This document shows, one piece after another, positions 57,084-64,000 of a stretch of 64,000 nt of DNA. Source of the DNA: a virus; IMG/VR virus record IMGVR_UViG_3300029267_006021. One strand, given 5' to 3'. Position numbers and translations under genes: made by a program. The notes under the pieces were generated by a model, which was not told the origin of the DNA, did no database searches, and was given only the letters and a program-made list of their open reading frames with translations. Position 1 is the stretch's first letter; the number at the start of each line of letters is the position of its first letter.

Positions 57084-57653
57084 TTAAATCTTCTGTAAAA
57101 AATATTGGATACCTATAAATTCAATTAGTTTCACGTGACCAGATTGAATAAATTCATCTACTGCACGGATAGGTCCTTCAAAATAAGGTTTTTTAATGTA
57201 GTCATCTCCAGTTATAAAACCTCCAGGCTTAACCTTTAAATAACAAAGATCTAAATCTTTTTTAACAAAAGCATATTCATGATTTCCATCAATATAAACC
57301 CAATCAAAATAATTATCTGGAAAACTAGATAGCGTTTTATCTGAATAGTCTCGATGTACCTTAACAATTTCTTTTTGAATTAGAGAATTGAATCTAACAA
57401 GAACATCTTGATACATTTTATCTAAATCCTTTTGTCCGAAAACCTTTCTTCTCTGGTTCGTCTCTTGGTGTAAAGGTGTGTGATTCTGAAAAACCCAGGG
57501 GTCTATTAAGTGTAATTTCTTAGGCTGGGTCAATGATAAAATCAATTGAGACCCTTGACCATAAAGAACACCAAGCTCTGCGCAAACACTATTTTTTGGT
57601 AGCTTTTTAAATAAAATTCTTCTCTGCTCACTATGATATAATTTTTTCGCCAT
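57084..57653 (-). CDS. SAM methyltransferase (Methyltransf_24-like)
   Basis: AELGV..G, IDPW, YIDGNH.Y, GGFITGDDY. Confidence 0.9.
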   Translation of the reverse strand: MAKKLYHSEQRRILFKKLPKNSVCAELGVLYGQGSQLILSLTQPKKLHLIDPWVFQNHTPLHQETNQRRKVFGQKDLDKMYQDVLVRFNSLIQKEIVKVHRDYSDKTLSSFPDNYFDWVYIDGNHEYAFVKKDLDLCYLKVKPGGFITGDDYIKKPYFEGPIRAVDEFIQSGHVKLIEFIGIQYFLQKI

Positions 57654-58374
57654 AAGCTAATAAGCCTTTCTTACTTTGATTATAGGCAACAACCACATTT
57701 TCAAAATAATGTTTGTGTAAAAGAAGATTAAGAGATTTTCTTGAATAATAAAACAAATGGTTAGGGATATCTATAGTAAACTCATTAGCATCCACAGAGG
57801 GTACTGAAAGAGATATTACACCTTCCTTTCCTAAGATACGATAGACTTCTTCAAGAAATTTATTTGGATTACCTAAATGCTCTAAAAGTTGATGAAAAAT
57901 TATAATATCGAACTCGCCATCTTTAAATTTAAAATCGAAAATAGTTCCTTTTTTAACATTTAAAGCATAAACTGTTTTACAATAATTCAAATATCCATCA
58001 TGTAGGTCTAAACCCAAACAGTCATAACCTAAATTTACAAATCTCTTCAAGAAAGACCCCGAATAGCAACCAATCTCAAGAACTTTACCCTTAGGTTTTA
58101 AATTAGAAAATTGTGATAAAAAATTAAAGTATTCGGGGTAAACATTTTTTTCTCTAAATTCTGTATCATTTTTAATCAAATTAAAGGATTTATTTTTTCG
58201 GGCATAATGTTGAACTAAAAATTCTCCTGTAGGTAAAGGTTGGGCAAAATAGGTTTCGCATTCTTGACAAAAGAAAATTGAAAAGGAACCTTGATTCACT
58301 ATCTTCATTCTTTTTTTAGAATGTTTTGGATTAATGGCTGTTGCAGAATCTTTCTCACAGATGGGACAAATCAT
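57631..58374 (-). CDS. SAM methyltransferase with N-terminal zinc ribbon
   Basis: CPIC...CQEC, LEIGCYSG, LLEH. Confidence 0.88.
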   Translation of the reverse strand: MICPICEKDSATAINPKHSKKRMKIVNQGSFSIFFCQECETYFAQPLPTGEFLVQHYARKNKSFNLIKNDTEFREKNVYPEYFNFLSQFSNLKPKGKVLEIGCYSGSFLKRFVNLGYDCLGLDLHDGYLNYCKTVYALNVKKGTIFDFKFKDGEFDIIIFHQLLEHLGNPNKFLEEVYRILGKEGVISLSVPSVDANEFTIDIPNHLFYYSRKSLNLLLHKHYFENVVVAYNQSKKGLLAYGEKIIS

Positions 58375-61100
58375 GGTCTTTTCCAAAATTGATTGTAACC
58401 TTCACCCATCCAATATTCCCATTTAGAAGGTAAAGCTGTACAAACACCATCTATAGAACCTGGATCTTTTATAGTGTCTTTGAAATACTGATTAAAAATA
58501 GATTTAGTTAATTCAGGTTTCCAAGAAAATTTATGAGCATTTATATTTAATTCTTCAATCCAAGTGGCATAAGGTTGTTTCTTTACTTTTTTATCTGTGT
58601 TATATACATCGTCTTTAATCATTGGGTTAAAAGTCATTGGGTTCATTGAACCTATCCGCATTCTAGGAAAACCCCATTTTCTAGGATTTTCACCCAAAGC
58701 TTGGATAAAACTATTAATACCATAGCATTTTCCGCACTGCCCACAATTTGGGAAACCAAGCATACAACTTCTTTGCCATTTCATTGAATCTGGATATCTT
58801 TTAATTAACAAAGTTTGCATTCCGTAATGAGCGAGTCCCCAAAATGGACAGTTTATTTCATAACCCGTTGCTTTAGAAATACTATCAAAATGAAAAACTG
58901 AACTATTTGTACGAATCGGTGTATTGTCACGAACCCAAACTTTTGAATCTGGAGTATTCAAAGCAGTTAAAATTGTATTAGAACCATAAGCATGAGCAAG
59001 AGGCAAAGCAAAAAGCCACCAAGGAATAATTTTATAACCATTTCTCACAAAATCTGTTTTAATATAGAGTGAAGAAATATTATTTTGTTTATAAAAACCT
59101 ACCATTGCTTTTTTGCGTTCTGCCCAAACCTCTTCACCTCGAGATACAGCAATATATTGATTACCTACTATAAAACTCTTAAGCGGAAATCCAAGTTCCT
59201 TAACTAATAATGACAAAAGTAATCCATCCTTGCCCATACCATTTGAACATAAAATAGGTCCTGTATTCTTAACTTCTTCTGCTTCCACAATTTTTTTAGC
59301 AGACACTTTAACTGGCGATTTAGTTTTTACTAAACCATAAGAATTTGAAGCATGATTCAAACGCACATGGTCATTAATACAATCAACCTCTTTTTGAGTT
59401 AATTCATCAAACTCAATTGGAATATTATTCCAAGCAAAATGTTCTGACATTATAATCCCACACATAAAATTTGCTAAATGGCGTGGAGTATGAATAACTT
59501 TTTCAGTATAAACTATAGTTAAATTTTTTCGGTTCATATGTTTTAAAAAATGAGGCCATAAAAAAGTAATGTGTTTATCACAAATATTAGTCTTAATCTT
59601 CATCAGAGTCTCCTTTGCTTTTTGAGAAATAAATAAATTTTCACTAACTAAACTCTTACAACGTTTAAGGCGGATCCAAACTTCTCTTGGAATATGTTTT
59701 GATAAATCAATTTTATGTTTAACAAAAGGATAGTGACACTTTCTCATTAATTTGCCACGAGTATTAGAAATATTATTTAACCCATTCGAATCAAAACCCT
59801 TCAACCAATTTTTTGAAGTTAGTAAAGAAACTTTTAGTTTTCGTTTAACAATAGTCTTAAGAGTATGAAAAATCCAACTATCAATAGAAAATCGACGATC
59901 TATCAAAGGTAACCTTTTCATTAAATCTGTACGGATAGCCATATTTAAACCAGTATTCCCCTTACCTTTAAAAAGAACAGTAATATCTGTAGCAATATCA
60001 TAAAAAGGCCCTAATTGTGCTTGAACCCAATCTGGTTTTTGTTGCTTGAATAGATCATAGGTTTCTTTCAATCTAAAAGGCTGAGAATAACAATCAGCAG
60101 CTTGCAATAAAAAACAAAGAGAACTATTACTTGCCTGTTGAGCCAACTGATACCATTTCCGTGATAAAGGCTGCCAATTTTTAAGACTATTATACTCTAA
60201 TCTCTGACAACGTATTTTTGCGAAGGCTTCTCTATAGTCTTCTATTTGTTCTCTACCAAATGAAAATTCTTCTTCTTCTATAATTAATAATTCCCAATCG
60301 AAATTTATATTCTTTTGACGAACTAAACTCTCTAAAGCGAGCCATGCAATATGTTTCCCTCTAAAAATTGGAAGAGCAACTGTTAATTCTATCTTCGATT
60401 TCTTTTTGGATCTTCTTTTTCTTGCTTCTTGCTTAGCTATGCCATAACCATTTAGAGCTTCTTGAAAATTACTACCCCGAGAAAGAGAATGGGGAAGAGA
60501 GCGATATAAATAAAGAGGCTTTGGTATATGCAATGGGGTTGCTACTTCCTCTAATTTTAAAATTAGATCTTTATCTACTGCCCCTTTAAGTTTTGTATTT
60601 AAACCTGGAGTTTTTAGATAAATAGATCTTCGGAAGGTTTGTAGAGCACTAATGCAATCTACTTCTAAACTAGTTTTCCCTTTAGGTAATGCTCGACTCC
60701 ATCCAGGATTTTGTTTTCTTAATTCAGAATCACAAACGAAAAAATTGGTATAAACAAAACCTGCATTTGGGTGCTCTCTATAGAACTTAAGGACTTCTTC
60801 AACACAAGTAGAGGCTAAACCGTCATCTGAGCCTAAAAAACAAACTATGTCATTTTTAGATTGCAAGATCAACTGATGAAGCGAAGCAGCACATCCTAAA
60901 TTTTGACTATTAAAACTTAGATGAATTTTTGGATGGTTTGCATAATCTTGAAGTATAGCCCGTGAATGATCTGTACTATTATCATCTACAATATAAATTT
61001 CCCAATCTTGGGAGGTCTGTTGAAAAATTGAGTCAATACATCTCCTTAAAAAGCGTCCTTTATTATAATTAGGAATTAATATTGAAATTTTTTCAATCAT
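58371..61100 (-). CDS. Fusion of GT2, a second GT-like domain and a PP-loop ATPase-like domain
   Basis: IPNYN, VDDNSTD, LGSDD. QAADCYS. SNGMGKDG...RSC...CGQCGKC. Confidence 0.75.
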   Translation of the reverse strand: MIEKISILIPNYNKGRFLRRCIDSIFQQTSQDWEIYIVDDNSTDHSRAILQDYANHPKIHLSFNSQNLGCAASLHQLILQSKNDIVCFLGSDDGLASTCVEEVLKFYREHPNAGFVYTNFFVCDSELRKQNPGWSRALPKGKTSLEVDCISALQTFRRSIYLKTPGLNTKLKGAVDKDLILKLEEVATPLHIPKPLYLYRSLPHSLSRGSNFQEALNGYGIAKQEARKRRSKKKSKIELTVALPIFRGKHIAWLALESLVRQKNINFDWELLIIEEEEFSFGREQIEDYREAFAKIRCQRLEYNSLKNWQPLSRKWYQLAQQASNSSLCFLLQAADCYSQPFRLKETYDLFKQQKPDWVQAQLGPFYDIATDITVLFKGKGNTGLNMAIRTDLMKRLPLIDRRFSIDSWIFHTLKTIVKRKLKVSLLTSKNWLKGFDSNGLNNISNTRGKLMRKCHYPFVKHKIDLSKHIPREVWIRLKRCKSLVSENLFISQKAKETLMKIKTNICDKHITFLWPHFLKHMNRKNLTIVYTEKVIHTPRHLANFMCGIIMSEHFAWNNIPIEFDELTQKEVDCINDHVRLNHASNSYGLVKTKSPVKVSAKKIVEAEEVKNTGPILCSNGMGKDGLLLSLLVKELGFPLKSFIVGNQYIAVSRGEEVWAERKKAMVGFYKQNNISSLYIKTDFVRNGYKIIPWWLFALPLAHAYGSNTILTALNTPDSKVWVRDNTPIRTNSSVFHFDSISKATGYEINCPFWGLAHYGMQTLLIKRYPDSMKWQRSCMLGFPNCGQCGKCYGINSFIQALGENPRKWGFPRMRIGSMNPMTFNPMIKDDVYNTDKKVKKQPYATWIEELNINAHKFSWKPELTKSIFNQYFKDTIKDPGSIDGVCTALPSKWEYWMGEGYNQFWKRP

Positions 61101-61974
61101 TTTTAAAGGATCTCAAAGCAGAAACCAGAGCAATCGCAGGCTTTGCGTCATCAATACTGAAACCTTTACCTTCCAAAATTTCTTGATAGCATACAGTATG
61201 TAAAGGCTCTAGCCCTTTAGAAAGATCCAAAACATAGTCATCAATCATAAAAACTCGTCGAGCAAATTCGTCCTCTTCTAAATCTTTTGAATCAAGTGAT
61301 AAAGACCAGTTAACTTTTGCATGTTCTAAATCCAAAAAACCAGAAACCTTTGCAGGAGAATACTCTGAAATCAAATATGACTTAACAGACCCAAAAAACC
61401 AAAGTACAAGATCAAAAAGATGAATACCAATATTAGTTACTAAATCTCCAGATCTTATCGAGTCGCCTTTCCATGAAGTATGATACCAAGGACCTCTACG
61501 AGTAATATAATCAATTTTTACTATAGCGTGTTCTGAATTTGAAGACTCAATTATCTTTTTTAACTTTAATACTTCAGGATGATATCTCAATTGTAAGATC
61601 GCATAGATTCTTTTGTTAAAGCGTGCTTCTAGCTCTTGTAATGGGTCTAAGTTCCAGGGGTTAATAGTCAAAGGTTTCTCACAAATAGCGTTTGCTCCCA
61701 AACGCAAAGCTATCCGACAATGGGCATCATGCAAATAATTAGGAGTACAAATACTAATATAGTCTACACCTTCTCCTTTAAGACGGAGTTTTTCTAAATG
61801 TCTATCAAATCTCTCGATCTCAGTAAAAAAGCGAACATCAGAAAAGTAACTATCCAAAACACCTACAGAATCATGCGGATCACAAGCAGCAACCAAAGTA
61901 TGTCCAGTATCTTTAATTGCTTTTAAATGCCGAGGAGCAATATAACCAGCAGCTCCTAGTAAAGCAAATCTCAT
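61093..61974 (-). CDS. wbpB: UDP-GlcNAcA 3-dehydrogenase (WbpB/WlbA-like)
   Basis: GAAGYIAPRHLKAIK, TPNYLHDAH, ICEKP, WKGD...NIGIH. Confidence 0.85.
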   Translation of the reverse strand: MRFALLGAAGYIAPRHLKAIKDTGHTLVAACDPHDSVGVLDSYFSDVRFFTEIERFDRHLEKLRLKGEGVDYISICTPNYLHDAHCRIALRLGANAICEKPLTINPWNLDPLQELEARFNKRIYAILQLRYHPEVLKLKKIIESSNSEHAIVKIDYITRRGPWYHTSWKGDSIRSGDLVTNIGIHLFDLVLWFFGSVKSYLISEYSPAKVSGFLDLEHAKVNWSLSLDSKDLEEDEFARRVFMIDDYVLDLSKGLEPLHTVCYQEILEGKGFSIDDAKPAIALVSALRSFKND

Positions 61975-62537
61975 TTTTGGACAAGCTCTCCAGAAACAAG
62001 ATGATACTCTCTACCGCATAAGCAACGAACATTTGACGTTATTAAATTAAGAGAATTACCACATTTACAAACCCAACCTCTATCTATAGCCGGATTCCCA
62101 TAAAACAACTTAAAATTGGGGAGATCTTGAGTAACAACACTTCCAGCTCCAACAAATGAATATTTACCAATCTTACGGGGACAAATAATCGTTGAATTAG
62201 CACCTAAGGTTGCTCCCTTACTGATGACAGTTTTTTCATAATTTTTATTTTTGGGAAAACGGCTTCGAGGACGAAGAACATTTGTGAAAACTACACTTGG
62301 GCCACAAAAAACATCATCTTCCAAGAGAATTCCAGCAAAGATTGAAACATTATTTTGTATCTTACAATTATCCCCAATAATAACCTTCTCTCCTATAAAT
62401 ACATTTTGACCTAAAGTACAATTTGACCCAATTTTAACATCTCTAGAAATATGAGAAAAATGCCAAATCTTTGTATCTGAACCAATAGAGGTATTTGAAT
62501 CAATAATAGCCGAAGAATGCGTATAAAATTTAGGCAT
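61971..62537 (-). CDS. wbpD: WbpD/WlbB-like N-acetyltransferase
   Basis: KIWHFSH, LGQNV, KIQNNVS, GPSVVFTNV..PRS, GWVCKCG. Confidence 0.85.
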   Translation of the reverse strand: MPKFYTHSSAIIDSNTSIGSDTKIWHFSHISRDVKIGSNCTLGQNVFIGEKVIIGDNCKIQNNVSIFAGILLEDDVFCGPSVVFTNVLRPRSRFPKNKNYEKTVISKGATLGANSTIICPRKIGKYSFVGAGSVVTQDLPNFKLFYGNPAIDRGWVCKCGNSLNLITSNVRCLCGREYHLVSGELVQK

Positions 62538-63645
62538 CAAAAAAATCCTTAATCGTTCTAACAACTTTATAAATTTGTCTTTCTGAGATGCCAGCAAACA
62601 AAGGTAAGGAAAGAACTTCTTGAGATACTCTTTCAGACTCAGGCAAACTACCTACACTATAAGTATAATTAGAAAAAATCTTTTGAAGATGTAAAGGTTG
62701 GGGATAATAAATTGCACAGCCTATCCCTTTTTCTCTCAAAAATTGAATTAAAGCAGGGCGTTTCTGAACCCTAATAGTAAAAAGAGCCCAAGATGACTTA
62801 AGATAATCTTCTGGAAATTTAGGAAGAACTATCTTTTCATTTAAATTAAAAGAGGAAAAAATCTCCAAATATTTTTTAGCTGCTTGTTCTCGACGCTCTC
62901 TCCAAAGATCTACATAGTCTATTTTTATAGAAAGTAAGGCTGCTTGAAGGGCATCTAATCTAAAATTCCCTCCCATTTGACTAAAAGTAAGAGAACCAAT
63001 AGACCTTTGCTGTCTCATTGCTAAGATTTTCTCTAGCAATTCTAAAGAATTTACGCTAATGAGACCCCCATCTCCAAAACCCCCAAGAGGCTTGGTTGGG
63101 AAAAAACTAAAACAACCTAAAGAACCGAAGGTACCAACTTTTCTGTCATTGATTGTTGCCCCAAAAGCCTGTGCAGCATCTTCAATAATAAAGATATTAT
63201 GTCTATTGGAAATCTTTAAAATTTCTTCCAAATTAATAGGCAAACCATAAAGATGTACAGGAATAACTGCCTTTGTTTTGGAAGTAATTGCCGCTTCAAA
63301 ACTCTCAACAGAAATATTAAATGTTTCAGAATTTATATCTACAAAAACTGGTTTAGCTCCAACCCAACAAATCGCAGATGCTGTGGCAATAAAAGTAAAA
63401 GAGGGTAAAATAACTTCATCTCCGGGCCCAATACCTAGAGACTTTAGAGCAAGTATTAGAGCATCTGACCCGCTTGAAACACCTACTGTATGTTTAGAAC
63501 CTAAAAACTTAGAACATTTTGTCTCAAAATCAGTAACTTGGGCTCCCAATATAAATTGATTAGAACTCAAAATCTCTTGAAAAGATTCTGTTAAAGATGA
63601 AGTTAAAGGGGCATTTTGAAAAGATAAATCAAATAAAGGTATCAT
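62530..63645 (-). CDS. DegT-family aminotransferase (WbpE/WlbC-like)
   Basis: EDAAQAFGA, SFFPTKPLGGFGDGG. Adjacent to wbpD/wbpB. Confidence 0.88.
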   Translation of the reverse strand: MIPLFDLSFQNAPLTSSLTESFQEILSSNQFILGAQVTDFETKCSKFLGSKHTVGVSSGSDALILALKSLGIGPGDEVILPSFTFIATASAICWVGAKPVFVDINSETFNISVESFEAAITSKTKAVIPVHLYGLPINLEEILKISNRHNIFIIEDAAQAFGATINDRKVGTFGSLGCFSFFPTKPLGGFGDGGLISVNSLELLEKILAMRQQRSIGSLTFSQMGGNFRLDALQAALLSIKIDYVDLWRERREQAAKKYLEIFSSFNLNEKIVLPKFPEDYLKSSWALFTIRVQKRPALIQFLREKGIGCAIYYPQPLHLQKIFSNYTYSVGSLPESERVSQEVLSLPLFAGISERQIYKVVRTIKDFFDA

Positions 63646-63971
63646 TAACCGATCTCCAATTTATTTAACCTCTCATAGTCGAATCTTCTACCAATAATCT
63701 TATTATCTCTAAAAATCAAGTGATAAGGAGGATTCTTAACATAATTTTTTAAAATTAAAGGCACATCATAGGGAAATTGGATTAATTTCTTAGAGTATAA
63801 TTCCTTAATTAAATCGGAAGCATCCTTATGCAAAACTTCTTTAAGATAAGAAAGATGATCCAGATTAAGATGCATCTTCCTTCTAAAAAGTCTCCATTTT
63901 GAACGATGAACTCTATAAACAAAATGTAGATCAGATTTAACGTCTACTGAAATAAAATAATAACCAGCCAT
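63645..63971 (-). CDS. Hypothetical protein
   Basis: TAATG-coupled to the aminotransferase. Confidence 0.6.
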   Translation of the reverse strand: MAGYYFISVDVKSDLHFVYRVHRSKWRLFRRKMHLNLDHLSYLKEVLHKDASDLIKELYSKKLIQFPYDVPLILKNYVKNPPYHLIFRDNKIIGRRFDYERLNKLEIG

Positions 63972-64000
63972 TTCAAATGTTTTACAACCCTTTTTCCAAA

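Noticed and set aside
3529-63559. Short antisense ORFs in the track (e.g. 3529..3915, 9040..9324, 11508..11855, 63278..63559)
   Set aside because: They are shadows of well-supported genes on the opposite strand and carry no recognisable motifs.
43749-63971. Ordinary bacterial O-antigen or capsule locus flanking a prophage
   Set aside because: No export, polymerase or priming transferase genes, no integrase or att site, and GTs are interleaved with phage late genes. Not fully excluded without the rest of the contig.

Overview
AT-rich window from a very large contractile-tailed (jumbo myovirus-like) phage, with almost all genes on the minus strand. Left part (1-8.6 kb): HNH nuclease, tRNA-Gln and tRNA-Glu, DUF488, a DUF5320-like peptide and two related TnpB nucleases with no transposase. 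One TnpB lies between the tRNAs and the other splits a zinc-finger endonuclease gene. Middle part (8.7-43.5 kb): virion genes (921-aa tail sheath, tail-completion and neck proteins, one with a mini-intein, two paralogous 474-aa fibre/spike proteins), a sigma-like factor, a Pol-beta nucleotidyltransferase, a possible lysis trio, about 20 small accessory ORFs and a repeat-bounded cassette array of small acidic proteins sharing an N-terminal LKK(L/I)A leader. A 13-bp motif, ATANTNNACTAAT, precedes structural genes and both tnpB genes and is probably a phage late promoter. Right part (37-64 kb): a roughly 20-kb, tightly coupled operon for rare nucleotide-sugar synthesis (WbpB/E/D/I-like, RmlB plus aminotransferase, an ACP/ligase/FabG/WbqC acylation module, methyltransferases, radical SAM) with several glycosyltransferases but no flippase, polymerase or lipid-carrier enzymes. 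This is best read as a phage-encoded cytoplasmic (virion or DNA) glycosylation system. All functional calls come from motif recognition by eye, and no database searches were run.
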